A stretch of DNA of 64,000 nucleotides from Candidatus Babeliales bacterium (GCA_963701665.1 OY969622.1:1-64000); one strand, 5' to 3'; shown: positions 20,295 to 30,551, counted from the first letter of the stretch. Numbers and translations: made by a program. Notes: generated from the sequence alone by a model not told the origin.

Positions 20295-22199
20295 ATGAAA
20301 AAAATAGCTATTTTGTTGATGTTAATAAGCTCTTTTCACTTTTTTTATAATTCTTTTGCTATGGAAGAACGAAAACCAACTTCCATGGAAACGGGTGGTG
20401 ATCCAACTAAACGGAAATTCTCAGAAATTTCGAAAATTCCCGAAAAAGAGAAAGAAAAGGAAAAAGAGCATATACCTCAATGCCCTGTACCGCGCAAACG
20501 AAGAAGAATAGAACCCAAGGCAGTAACCGTATTACCATTACGAGAGCTAGCAAAACAAAAATTTATTGAAGTTGCTCCTGGGCTTGAAAATTTACCTCAG
20601 TTATTAGAATCAATCCCTGCAGAAGAAGTTAGAGAAGAAATAAAGTCTGAATCTCAAAAGCCATTATCATATGAAGAGACGCGGCTTCATAACGCTCGCT
20701 CTGAATTAGAAGTTGAAAATTTACTAACATTAGGAGTTGACCCTAATGTTAAAGACCGTGATGGCAGAACTGCATTGAACGCGCTTATTAATAAGGGGTT
20801 CTTAGATGCAGCATTTCATTTGCTAGCGCTCAAAGGAAAAGATCTTGATATCAGTTCTCCTGATATTCACGGTGTTACGCCTTTGCAAGCTGCAATTAAG
20901 CATCAAGATATTGAATTAGCAACCTTTATCGTTGAAATTTTAAAAGAACAAGATAATGAAGATTCAATTTATAATTATGATAGCAATCATTGGACAGCCT
21001 TGATGCTAGCCATTCGATACCTCCCTGAACTTATTGATACGTTCCAACAATTTGGTCTTGATTTAAAACATCTAGAACCTGACACTCAGTACAAACTTAT
21101 GTCAACAGCAGCACTATATAATGCAAATGCAATACAACCATTAATCAAGGCTGCATTATATGTCAATATTGCAGATAGTAAGACAGGTAATACTCCCCTT
21201 ATGATGGCTGCGGCAAGTAATCCACAGGCCGTTGCATCACTTCTTAACAGCGGCGCTGATCCCAATATCCAAAATAAATCGGGTGACACGGCCCTAATGT
21301 ATGCAATTACTGCAAAGGATCTAGAAGCATTGCAATTACTTATTAATGCTAGTGCGGATATTAATATTGAAAATAAGAAAGGTTTCACTCCATTATTTCA
21401 AGCAGCCGTATCTAACCCAAAAACCATAGACCTTCTTATTAAGGCAGGGGCCGATCCAAATAAAGCAAATTTCTATGGTAAGTTTCCTTTATTTGAAGCT
21501 GGCAAAGCACACTCGTTAGAGGGTGTAAAGAAACTACTTGAGTTTGGCGCTAACGCTAATGCAAGCAATAGGACATTACCCGGGAAATCTCAAACCGCTT
21601 TAGAAGTTGCTATTGTTGGTAATAAACCTGAAATAGTAAAAGCATTGCTAGATGCTGGCGCAGATCCTAATGCCAAAAATTATAATAACACTACTGCTTT
21701 AATGCTTGCAGCGCAATTCCAGCCAGCAGCAGTGCTACTTCTGCTTGATAAAGGCGCGGATCCTAATGCCCAAGACGATAACGGCTTTACAGCTTTAATG
21801 CATGCTATTACGTCAGCTCAATCTAATACAATTAAAGTTCTTATTGATGCCGGTGCGGACCCTAATGCTAAAGAAAGCAATGGAAGTAACGGTTTAACAC
21901 TAGCCATACGTCTCCCATTTCCTAATTTAGGAACAGTAAAAATGTTACTAGATACAGGCGCTCAATTAACTGATGCAGATATTAAAGCCGCAATTAGTAA
22001 ATTTGGAGAACAAAAATTCTTGCATGCATATCAAGAAAGCGCTTTATACCATGCAATTATACAAGGCAACTTTAAAGCAGCAAAAATGTTATTAGATGTA
22101 GGCGTTCAAGTAACTCAGAGACATGTTGAAGCAGCAGAGGGTAAATTTGAAATACAAAAGTTATTGCATGAATATTTTGAAAAATTATTTTACCAATAA
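20295..22199 (+). CDS. Signal-peptide ankyrin-repeat protein
   Basis: FAMEE; more than 10 ankyrin repeats. ATG 20295 is preferred. Confidence 0.92.
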   Translation: MKKIAILLMLISSFHFFYNSFAMEERKPTSMETGGDPTKRKFSEISKIPEKEKEKEKEHIPQCPVPRKRRRIEPKAVTVLPLRELAKQKFIEVAPGLENLPQLLESIPAEEVREEIKSESQKPLSYEETRLHNARSELEVENLLTLGVDPNVKDRDGRTALNALINKGFLDAAFHLLALKGKDLDISSPDIHGVTPLQAAIKHQDIELATFIVEILKEQDNEDSIYNYDSNHWTALMLAIRYLPELIDTFQQFGLDLKHLEPDTQYKLMSTAALYNANAIQPLIKAALYVNIADSKTGNTPLMMAAASNPQAVASLLNSGADPNIQNKSGDTALMYAITAKDLEALQLLINASADINIENKKGFTPLFQAAVSNPKTIDLLIKAGADPNKANFYGKFPLFEAGKAHSLEGVKKLLEFGANANASNRTLPGKSQTALEVAIVGNKPEIVKALLDAGADPNAKNYNNTTALMLAAQFQPAAVLLLLDKGADPNAQDDNGFTALMHAITSAQSNTIKVLIDAGADPNAKESNGSNGLTLAIRLPFPNLGTVKMLLDTGAQLTDADIKAAISKFGEQKFLHAYQESALYHAIIQGNFKAAKMLLDVGVQVTQRHVEAAEGKFEIQKLLHEYFEKLFYQ

Positions 22200-22225
22200 A
22201 TCCATATAACAATTGAGGTTGGGAT

Positions 22226-24217
22226 ATGAATAAAATTTTTATTCTCTTTTTTTTGACAAATGTTTTTTCCCTTGTTGCCATGGAAGAACAGCCAATTCCT
22301 ATGCAAACAGGGGAACAACAACCAAAACGAAAGATCTCAGAAATTTCTGAACGGCCAGAAAAAGAGAAGGAAAAGGAGCATGTGCCTCAATGCCCTATAC
22401 CAACCAAACGCAGAAAAATAGCAATAAAAAACGTATTGCCATTAAAAGAATTGGCGATACAAAAATTTAGCGAATTTGCAGCCGAACAAGAAAATTTACC
22501 TCAACTCTTAGAATCAATCCCAGCAGAAGAGCTCCAACAAGAGATAAAATCACATTTCCAGCAACCATTATCATACGAAGAAACACGGCTTCATAATGCC
22601 CGTTCTGCATTAGAAGTTGAAAATTTACTAATCTTAGGCGTTGATCCTAACATTAAAGATCGCGCGGGCAGAACGGCTTTAAATGCACTTATTGATAAAG
22701 GATATCTTGATGCTGCCTTTCGTTTATTAGAGCTCAAAGGAATTTATCTTGACGTTGGCTCACCTGACAACTATGGCGTCACACCTTTACAAAGAGCCAT
22801 ACAATATCAAGATCCCCAGCTTGTAGATTTAATTTATACAATTTTACTTTCACAAAATAAGGGTAATCCTCAGGCATTTCATGGTATTGTTTTTGGCGAG
22901 AGTCTTGATCAGCAATCTGCTATTACGCTTGCACGAAAATATATGCCAGAACTAATGCAAGTATTTTTACATGATGCACGCTCTAAAGAAGATATAGAAG
23001 ACCTTTTAGCATTGGGTCTAGATCCCAATGTAAAAGATGCCGCTGGCAAAACAACATTAAATGCTCTTCTTAGTAAAGGGAATAATGAAGCCGCACTAAG
23101 ATTATTACAACTTAAAGAAGACCTCGATGTTGAGTCACCAGATAATGATGAAGTAACACCTTTGCAACGTGCAATACAATTACAAAATAAAGCACTTCTG
23201 AATGAAATTACTAAAAGATTAATAGCAAAATATAGAACAAATTCAAATGAATATTTTCAAATGCATTGGAAATTTAATAATCAACAAGAATCCGCCCTTA
23301 CACTTGCGATTCAATATATGCCAGAATATGCCAAAAATTTTATTGAACTTTTTAAATTAAAGGGAGACTCACTCAATTACTTGTTATCAATAGCTGCAAT
23401 AAAAAATGCTAATGCCATACCTATGCTTCTTGAGAAAGGTGCAGACCCCAATGTTAAAAACGCTAATGAGACTACTGCTTTAATGTTAGCAGCTCAACAT
23501 CAGCCCAATGCAATCAAAACGCTTCTTGATGCTAACGCTGATCCCAATGCTAAAACTATTAATGGCTTTACTCCTTTAATGATTGCATCAAAATATCAGC
23601 CCGATGCAATTCAACCTCTTCTTGCCAAAGGCGTTAGTGTCAACGCTCAAGACCATAAAGGAGTTACTGCTCTAACGTTAGCAATACAATATCAGCCAAA
23701 AGCAATTCAGTCTTTGCTTGATGCTGGTGCTGACCCCAACATTAAAAACAACCAAGGAGTTACTGCTTTAATGTTAGCAGCAGGACATCAGCCCAATGCA
23801 ATCAAAACGCTTCTTGATGCTAACGCTGATCCCAATGCTAAAACTATTAATGGCTTTACTCCTTTAATGATTGCATCAAAATATCAGCCCGATGCAATTC
23901 AACCTCTCATTACTTCAGGAGCCAAGCTAAATCTTCAAAGCGTTTCAGGTAATACAGCTCTTATATATGCAACAGCAGTTAATAATAACAAATCGGTCCA
24001 ATTCCTTATTCAAGCCAAAGCAGATGTTAATATAAAAAATAATGAAGAATTTACTGCCCTAGAGTATGCCGTTCGATCCAATAATTTTGAAGCAATAAAA
24101 ATGTTATTAGAGGCTGGTGCGCAAATAACCCCAAAAATTATTAAAGTCGCAAACAATAAACCTGAAATACAAAAGTTATTGCATGAATATTTTGAAAAAT
24201 TATTTACTCAACAATAA
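22226..24217 (+). CDS. Signal-peptide ankyrin-repeat protein
   Basis: VAMEE; many ankyrin repeats, with an identical 123-bp internal duplication (23497-23619 and 23785-23907). Confidence 0.92.
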   Translation: MNKIFILFFLTNVFSLVAMEEQPIPMQTGEQQPKRKISEISERPEKEKEKEHVPQCPIPTKRRKIAIKNVLPLKELAIQKFSEFAAEQENLPQLLESIPAEELQQEIKSHFQQPLSYEETRLHNARSALEVENLLILGVDPNIKDRAGRTALNALIDKGYLDAAFRLLELKGIYLDVGSPDNYGVTPLQRAIQYQDPQLVDLIYTILLSQNKGNPQAFHGIVFGESLDQQSAITLARKYMPELMQVFLHDARSKEDIEDLLALGLDPNVKDAAGKTTLNALLSKGNNEAALRLLQLKEDLDVESPDNDEVTPLQRAIQLQNKALLNEITKRLIAKYRTNSNEYFQMHWKFNNQQESALTLAIQYMPEYAKNFIELFKLKGDSLNYLLSIAAIKNANAIPMLLEKGADPNVKNANETTALMLAAQHQPNAIKTLLDANADPNAKTINGFTPLMIASKYQPDAIQPLLAKGVSVNAQDHKGVTALTLAIQYQPKAIQSLLDAGADPNIKNNQGVTALMLAAGHQPNAIKTLLDANADPNAKTINGFTPLMIASKYQPDAIQPLITSGAKLNLQSVSGNTALIYATAVNNNKSVQFLIQAKADVNIKNNEEFTALEYAVRSNNFEAIKMLLEAGAQITPKIIKVANNKPEIQKLLHEYFEKLFTQQ

Positions 24218-24222
24218 GAGAG

Positions 24223-25989
24223 TTATTGTTTCTTAATTTTCTGCAGGCCATATTCCCTCAGTTGCTTATCATCAACGAGTGTTGGTGATTGCATCATAGG
24301 ATCATAACCGCGTGCAGTTTTTGGAAACGCGATTACTTCACGAATAGATGAAGAATTGGTGAGCAACATCAGCAAACGATCAAGGCCGAGTGCAATGCCA
24401 CCGTGCGGAGGAAATCCATATTCTTGCGCTTCAAGCAGGAAGCCAAATTTATCATGCATCGCTTTTTCATCAAGCCCGAGCAGTTGGAAAATTTTATTTT
24501 GAATTTTGTTATCAAAAATCCTAATCGATCCACCGCCGAGTTCAATGCCATTAAGCACAATATCATAAGCACGCGCTTTCATCTGCGCGGGTTGTAGATT
24601 TTCCCATCCTTCTTTTGGTGAAGTAAATGGATGATGAACGGAATTCCATTGCTTTGTTTCTTTATCATATTCAAACAATGGAAAATCAGTGATCCAAGAA
24701 AAGTGTAACTTGCCAGTAGGGATAATATTCAAATCGCGCGCTAATTCAAGGCGTAATCTTCCTAAATATACCCACGCTTCATCATAAGGGCCGGCTAGAA
24801 GAAATAAGGTGTCACCCTTTTCAAGCGAAGGGCACACGGATTTGAGTTGTGCAAAAAAATCAGGCGGGAAGAATTTTGCCACAGGTGCTTCAAGCGTATT
24901 GTTCTCGCCAACTTTGATCCATAACAATCCCGATGAGCCGGTTTTTTTAGCCCACTCAACGTACGCATCAAGTTCTGAACGCGTGAAATTTTTACCCTTC
25001 ACGTGCAAACCGCCAATCTTGCCACCCGCATCAAGAACCGTACGCAAAAATTTTAGCTCCGTTTTTTCAAACACGCGCGTAAAATCAACAATTTTTAAAT
25101 CAAAACGCAAATCAGGTTTATCAGAACCGTACTGCGCAAAAGCATCATCGTAGGTCATGCGAGGCAATGGTATGGCAAGTTCAATATCAAAAATCTTCTT
25201 GAGCACAAATTGCAACATTTGCTCGGTAATACTCATAATGTCTTCTTCATACACAAATGACATCTCAACATCAAGTTGCGTGAACTCTGGTTGACGATCC
25301 GCGCGCAAATCTTCATCTCTGAAACAATGGGCAACTTGGAAATAACGCTCGAATCCAGCAGCCATCAGCAACTGTTTATAAAGTTGAGGGGATTGAGGAA
25401 GTGCATAAAAACTACCTTGATGAACGCGCGAGGGCACAATGAATTCGCGCGCGCCTTCAGGCGTGTTTTTGGTCAAAATAGGCGTTTCAATTTCATAGAA
25501 GCCGTTATGTTGCAAAAAGTAGCGCATAGCAAAAATAATATCATTTCTGAGAGCCAACTTGCGTTGCATAACTGGTCTTCGCAGATCAAGATAGCGATAT
25601 TTTAGGCGCAATTCTTCATCAATATCATCAGCCTCGAGAGAAAATGGTAACGGTTTTGATGTGTTGAGGACCGTCATATCAGTCACTTGCAATTCTAGGT
25701 TGCCCGTTGGCAGATCCTTATTCACCGTCTCAGGACTTCGTGCAACAACATTCCCCGTCACGGCAATGACATATTCTGAACGGAGTTCATGGGCTTTCTT
25801 ATGAGTTTGCGCATTAAAGGCAGGATTAAAAACGAGCTGCATCAAACCACTGCGATCGCGCAAATCAATAAAAATAAGGCCGCCATGATCTCGACGTCCG
25901 TCAACCCATCCAGAAAGATGAATAGGAGTTGAGAGTAATTTTTCCGTAACTGAACCGCACCCGATTGTGCGAAGGTACTGTTTTTGCAT
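24223..25989 (-). CDS. aspS: Aspartate-tRNA ligase (probably non-discriminating)
   Basis: RRDHGGLIFIDLRD, RLKYRYLDLRR, LPQSPQLYKQLLM, FRDEDLRADRQPEFTQLD, PPHGGIALGLDRL. The RDHGG His is typical of ND-AspRS, and gatB is present. Confidence 0.97.
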   Translation of the reverse strand: MQKQYLRTIGCGSVTEKLLSTPIHLSGWVDGRRDHGGLIFIDLRDRSGLMQLVFNPAFNAQTHKKAHELRSEYVIAVTGNVVARSPETVNKDLPTGNLELQVTDMTVLNTSKPLPFSLEADDIDEELRLKYRYLDLRRPVMQRKLALRNDIIFAMRYFLQHNGFYEIETPILTKNTPEGAREFIVPSRVHQGSFYALPQSPQLYKQLLMAAGFERYFQVAHCFRDEDLRADRQPEFTQLDVEMSFVYEEDIMSITEQMLQFVLKKIFDIELAIPLPRMTYDDAFAQYGSDKPDLRFDLKIVDFTRVFEKTELKFLRTVLDAGGKIGGLHVKGKNFTRSELDAYVEWAKKTGSSGLLWIKVGENNTLEAPVAKFFPPDFFAQLKSVCPSLEKGDTLFLLAGPYDEAWVYLGRLRLELARDLNIIPTGKLHFSWITDFPLFEYDKETKQWNSVHHPFTSPKEGWENLQPAQMKARAYDIVLNGIELGGGSIRIFDNKIQNKIFQLLGLDEKAMHDKFGFLLEAQEYGFPPHGGIALGLDRLLMLLTNSSSIREVIAFPKTARGYDPMMQSPTLVDDKQLREYGLQKIKKQ

Positions 25990-26015
25990 AGTAGTCTCTA
26001 GAAAGGCAATAAACC

Positions 26016-26122
26016 GTCATTGCGAGCCCTGAAAGGGCGTGGCAATCCAGATAATAAAATTAACTCCTTAAAGGAACTTATTAAAATTTGGATCCCCACG
26101 TCACTACGTTCCTCGGGATGAC
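26016..26122. repeat. RPE/REPIN-like palindromic element
   Basis: GTCATTGCGAG...GTGGCAATCCAG...CTCCTTAAAGGAA...CTCGGGATGAC. Confidence 0.9.
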
Positions 26123-26199
26123 ATTGTTGCTTATTGCAAAAATTTACATAAAATTCGCTTTAAAAAAGTATACCATATTTATACAATAATAATAGAAAG

Positions 26200-27135
26200 T
26201 AGTCGAATTGTGAAATTCAAAAGAATATAAAAGAGAGGTAGGATAGCTCCAGATGAAAAAGGAAGGAGCTACCCCATGAAAAACATAGTAGAACTATACT
26301 GGATAGTTGATGAAGTGGTCAAGAGGATTGAGCAAAAAATTGAAAAAAAGAGCTATAGAGGAAGAAAAAATAAGCTTACTAAAAGTGAATTAATTACCAT
26401 GGCATTAATTGGACATTTTGACAGTATAGAAACCGATAAAAAACTGCATGAATATATGTCAACTTACCTAAGAGATTGTTTTAAAAATATGCCATGTTAT
26501 GAACAATTTACACGAGGAATTCGCTCAATTTCAAAGTACTTTGATTTCATGCTAGAAATTTTATGTCAGATGAATCTAAATACAGATGAAGATTTTTATA
26601 TAGTAGATTCAAGCGCTCTTCCTGTAAGTGAATATGATACGTACACATGTCCAAAATGGGCTTCTGATCAAGCAAAGATCGGCAAAAATATTTTTGGTTA
26701 TTATCACGGATTTAAGCTCCACATCATTATTAATCGAAGAATGGAAGTTGTTTCATGTATGATAACAACAGCAGATGTACATGATGTTAAATTACTTTCA
26801 TTTGAATCATTTATAGGAAACATTAAGGGATTGTTAATTGGTGATAAGGGTTATGTTTGTCCCAAAGAGCTATTACAAAAATTGAGAAAACAAGGATTAG
26901 AATTTATTTTTAAGCAAAGAAATAATATGGACCCATTTCTCAATGAATTTTACAAGCAAGAGTTGAGACAGCGCCAAGTAATTGAAGGAGTATTTAGTTA
27001 TTTAAAAAATAGGTTAAAAGCATTGCATGCTTTTGCCAGATCTGCAGAAAGCTTTCTAGTGCATGTAAAAGCGGCTTTGGCCGCTTTTATGCTCAGAAAG
27101 CTTGTCGGTTAACAATTTAATTCACGATTCGACTA
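26200..27135 (+). mobile_element. IS982-family insertion sequence (936 bp)
   Basis: Terminal IRs TAGTCGAATTGTGAA / TTCACGATTCGACTA (14/15 match); flanking direct repeat GAAAG. Confidence 0.85.
26276..27112 (+). CDS. IS982-family DDE transposase
   Basis: IVDSSALPV, GYYHGFKLHIIIN, ADVHD, GDKGY, RQVIEGVFSYLK. Confidence 0.88.
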   Translation: MKNIVELYWIVDEVVKRIEQKIEKKSYRGRKNKLTKSELITMALIGHFDSIETDKKLHEYMSTYLRDCFKNMPCYEQFTRGIRSISKYFDFMLEILCQMNLNTDEDFYIVDSSALPVSEYDTYTCPKWASDQAKIGKNIFGYYHGFKLHIIINRRMEVVSCMITTADVHDVKLLSFESFIGNIKGLLIGDKGYVCPKELLQKLRKQGLEFIFKQRNNMDPFLNEFYKQELRQRQVIEGVFSYLKNRLKALHAFARSAESFLVHVKAALAAFMLRKLVG

Positions 27136-27154
27136 GAAAGTCGATTTTCACTAT

Positions 27155-27583
27155 TCAGGGCTTTCTAGCTTTAGCGAGGGCACAGCGCAGGCATCCTTCA
27201 TATACCATAGCAAGTACTTTATACGTACGCTTTTGCCCACAATTGTTCGTATTAAGTGCTAGCTCCTTTTTTATCAATTGTGCGAGGTTTTCATAACTTG
27301 ATTTTGAACCCTCGGATTCTAGACATTCCGTAACTCTCTGTTGCATCGCTTCCAAAAGTTCTTTGCCTTGTGGCGAATTACCAAAACTTAAATCATTACT
27401 GCAAAGATGTGCCCATTGTTTACCGAGCGCCAGATAATTTGTTATCAGATGCAATTCATCGTGATCAGATGGAAGGTGTGCCGTACACCATTCAGTGATA
27501 AGTTTATAATCAATAATCGGAGGACGCGCGTAGATAAAAATAGGGTAAAACAATAATAAGAAAAAATATCGCTTCATATACAC
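27155..27583 (-). CDS. Secreted hypothetical protein
   Basis: Signal-peptide-like N-terminus (MKRYFFLLLFYPIFIYA); AGGAG RBS. Confidence 0.6.
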   Translation of the reverse strand: MYMKRYFFLLLFYPIFIYARPPIIDYKLITEWCTAHLPSDHDELHLITNYLALGKQWAHLCSNDLSFGNSPQGKELLEAMQQRVTECLESEGSKSSYENLAQLIKKELALNTNNCGQKRTYKVLAMVYEGCLRCALAKARKP

Positions 27584-27917
27584 TCCTAGCTTCTGAACTT
27601 TTGTTTCTATTTTTTTGGATCATACTATAAAATTCTAAAAAGAAATCGTATATAAATTTTTCCATAAAATTATAAAAAAAAGTTTTTAATAAACAAGCAA
27701 AAAAAAAATTTATGAGCATTTTGAAAAAAAATATTGACAAAAAATTAAACAAAAAGGTAATGTAAGGCGTATCTTCTTTAAATACATAAAAAAGAAGATC
27801 ACAAATATCGATCAATAGTATTGACAATTAAAATTTTTTTAACTTTACTTTGAGTAGTATTTGTTTTTATTGTCGTTTTAAGGAGAGAGTATGATGAAAA
27901 CACAAGGAGAGGGTAGA

Positions 27918-29447
27918 ATGAAAAAAAATGCTTTATTGCTTTTAGCCTGCATAGGGATTATAAGCACAGCTGCTCAAGCAGCAACGCCAACATCTGATTG
28001 CACTTCGCACGTCTTTGTTCCGCGTAACAAAACTACAGATTTAGTCTTAATTGATGCAATTACATTACAAAAACGTTGGGAAGGGTGGCATGATCCAGAG
28101 CAACGTCATAGATTCCTTTTCTATGCTACTCCTTTTTATGAAAGAAGTAAGAAAAATCCTAATATGGGATCTGCATTCTTGTTAAACAATCAAAGCAATA
28201 CCATTACTGTTGCACAAATTTCTACCCCCGCTGAACCTGCAAATGTAAACAGCGCTTGGCTTGGTCTAAAAACTGTGGGCACCGTCAATGGTACTGCGGT
28301 TGTATTTACTTCAACATTTAGCATTGATCCACAAAGCAAAACTGTTGGTACTCACCTTTATGCATACGCGAATCTTGATGATTGGTTCTGTGGTTTATGG
28401 TTTGATTTTGCGGCTGCTATTGTTAAACGAAGAAACACACTCAACTGCAGTGAAATCGTAGCTAATTATTCAAATGAATTTCCAGGTATTTTCACAGTCT
28501 CACAAGCTTTAGCTAACCCTGCATATAATTTCGGTAAATTCTATTGTGGTGGTTGCTGCGGTGGTGAGCAATGGCGTACAGCAATTGATGATATTCAATT
28601 CCGTCTTGGTTGGGATACTTCACTCGGATTCTGCGGTTGTGAAGAAAATGGTATAGCAGGTATCTACATCATCGGAACTGTACCAACAGGCCGTAAAAAT
28701 ACAGGTGAATTTATTTTTGAACCACAAGTGGGTAGCAAACATGGATCAGTGGGTGTCGGTTTTGAAGGAGAATATAATTTCGATATTTGCGATAATAATC
28801 TCGCAATTCTCACTGACTTCAACTATCGTTATGTATTCAGTCACAACGAGTGCCGCTCTTTTGATTTGACAAACAACGGGCCTATGTCACGATACTTATT
28901 AGTGCAAACTGAATTAGTACCTACCCAAACATTAGATGGTATTAACTTCTTCACTCAATGTGTCAAAGTGACACCACAAAGCACCGTTCAATGGTGGATT
29001 GCCTTGAACTATGAATGGTGTGATTGGAACTTTGAAGTTGGTTACGATCTCTTCTGGCGTCAACAAGAAAAAATCAGCCAGAGCAGCTTAGACAACATAA
29101 CCTTCACCCCTGCTATTGGTATATTCAATCCTACATGTGCAACACTCGAAACTGGATGCTCAACTGTATCAACAGCAACAATCGGTACCTTTGTCTTTGT
29201 ACCAGATGCAGGCACAGTACCAACATATGTTACAATCACTGGTGCTAATCTTAATGCAGCTTCTGCAATTGGCGGCAAGGTACTTACTAACAAAGTATAC
29301 GGTGCTGTTGCAACGAGCGGTTGTTTCTGTGACTGTGCGTCATGGACAGCGGCAGTTGGCGGATCGTATGAATTTGTTAGCAGCAAATATCTTTGCAGTG
29401 CTCTTGAATACTGGAGCGTATTTGGTAAGGTCGGTCTGAACTTCTAG
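27918..29447 (+). CDS. Cys-rich outer-membrane beta-barrel-like protein
   Basis: Signal peptide ending AQA, alternating aromatic strands, C-terminal VFGKVGLNF, more than 20 Cys; strong RBS and a terminator. Confidence 0.7.
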   Translation: MKKNALLLLACIGIISTAAQAATPTSDCTSHVFVPRNKTTDLVLIDAITLQKRWEGWHDPEQRHRFLFYATPFYERSKKNPNMGSAFLLNNQSNTITVAQISTPAEPANVNSAWLGLKTVGTVNGTAVVFTSTFSIDPQSKTVGTHLYAYANLDDWFCGLWFDFAAAIVKRRNTLNCSEIVANYSNEFPGIFTVSQALANPAYNFGKFYCGGCCGGEQWRTAIDDIQFRLGWDTSLGFCGCEENGIAGIYIIGTVPTGRKNTGEFIFEPQVGSKHGSVGVGFEGEYNFDICDNNLAILTDFNYRYVFSHNECRSFDLTNNGPMSRYLLVQTELVPTQTLDGINFFTQCVKVTPQSTVQWWIALNYEWCDWNFEVGYDLFWRQQEKISQSSLDNITFTPAIGIFNPTCATLETGCSTVSTATIGTFVFVPDAGTVPTYVTITGANLNAASAIGGKVLTNKVYGAVATSGCFCDCASWTAAVGGSYEFVSSKYLCSALEYWSVFGKVGLNF

Positions 29448-29467
29448 TTTTAAACGACTTTAAATTT

Positions 29468-29507
29468 AAAAGAGAGCGCATACCTAAAAAACATGCGCTC
29501 TCTTTTT
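29468..29507 (+). terminator. Intrinsic terminator
   Basis: AGAGAGCGCAT...ATGCGCTCTCT followed by a T run. Confidence 0.75.
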
Positions 29508-29622
29508 GTTTTAAAAAAACCTAAATCAATAATTTTAAAAAGATCGTAAAGATCCTTTAGAAGTTACTAAACATTTTCCATTCATTTTTAATTTTAACTT
29601 ACGCAGCATCAATAAGAAAAAT

Positions 29623-30476
29623 ATCCCTTAGAAAGACTTTTCATTTTAACTTACGCAGTCTAGCGGGCCTATGCGGGTAGCATGAAGGGATCCTTTAGAA
29701 AAATTCTTTTATTGTAACTTACGCAGTTATGCGGGCCTCATGTCGGCCAGACACAAGATATTTTGCTTCTCCAAAATACCTTGAACAAAAGGAGCCCAGC
29801 ATTCTGCTGGACCTTTCTCCCGCGCGAAATGCGCACTCAAAATCATGATGCGTAGCATCAATGTTTTTGAGCTTGTCGCGCTACACGACTTTATATTAAT
29901 TATTTTTTACGATCACGATTTCCTACAGAATTCCAAAGTGTATTGCATTATGCAGAATTGTCATTCTGAGGAGCCGTCCTACTTCGCCAAGGCTTCGCAG
30001 GATCCGCGATGAAGCGCCTGTCCGACGTAGCTTGCCAAGTCGGAAGACATGGATAAGCGAAGGCGGAACGTAGGAATCCAGTCTGGAAGATTAATCCATT
30101 AAAGGTTTTATTTATAATCTGGGTTGCCACGCCCTTAACAGGTCTCGCAATGACAATTCTGTATGCAATGTTCTATTTTCACATATACAGGAATAAATCT
30201 ATTAAATAAAAATCAGTTAGCGCGACAAGCTCAAAATCTTGATGCGCAGCATCAATGTTTTTGAGTGCGCATCTCGCGCGGGAGGAAGGTCCAGCGGAAC
30301 GCTGGTGCCCTTTTGTTCAAGGTATTTTGGGCACGCAAAATACCTTGTGCCTGACAGGCATGAGGTCCGCATAACTGCGTAAGCCGCAATAAAAAAGTTT
30401 TTCTAAAGGATCCCTTCATGCTGCCCGCATAGGGCCGCATAACTGCGCAAGTTACAATAAAAAGAGTTTTTCTAAA
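29623..30476. repeat. Composite inverted-repeat element A (~260-bp arms enclosing a nested palindromic element)
   Basis: 29623-29883 is an imperfect reverse complement of 30218-30476; the centre holds the element at 29960-30154. Confidence 0.88.
29960..30154. repeat. RPE/REPIN-like element with nested small hairpin insertions
   Basis: GTCATTCTGAG...CTCGCAATGAC ends; inserts at 29977-30002 and 30016-30067. Confidence 0.85.
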
Positions 30477-30551
30477 TAATATTTTCAAAACAAGAAGGGG
30501 CCCTCGATTTTGAGAGCCCTTCTTCAAGATTAAATCATCAATCAAAAATTA

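Noticed and set aside
23497..23907. Diversity-generating retroelement TR/VR pair
   Set aside because: The copies are identical, with no adenine-specific mismatches, and no reverse transcriptase is in the window.
26276..27112. IS982 transposase as mobiliser of the palindromic family
   Set aside because: Its IRs (TAGTCGAA...) do not resemble the GTCAT...ATGAC ends; only proximity to one copy supports a link.
27510..27827. 105-aa Phe-rich ORF
   Set aside because: A product of A/T runs in a promoter-rich intergenic region.
29591..29726. Three TAACTTACGCAG-containing repeats as a CRISPR array
   Set aside because: The repeats are short and degenerate, the spacing is uneven (52 and 68 bp), the spacers resemble each other, they recur inverted as part of a larger element, and there are no cas genes.
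29948..30545. ORFs 29948-30130 and 30252-30545 (also 47883-48149, 53548-53742, 55961-56161, 62796-63161)
   Set aside because: They lie in or run into palindromic repeats and show no protein motif, so they are probably spurious.
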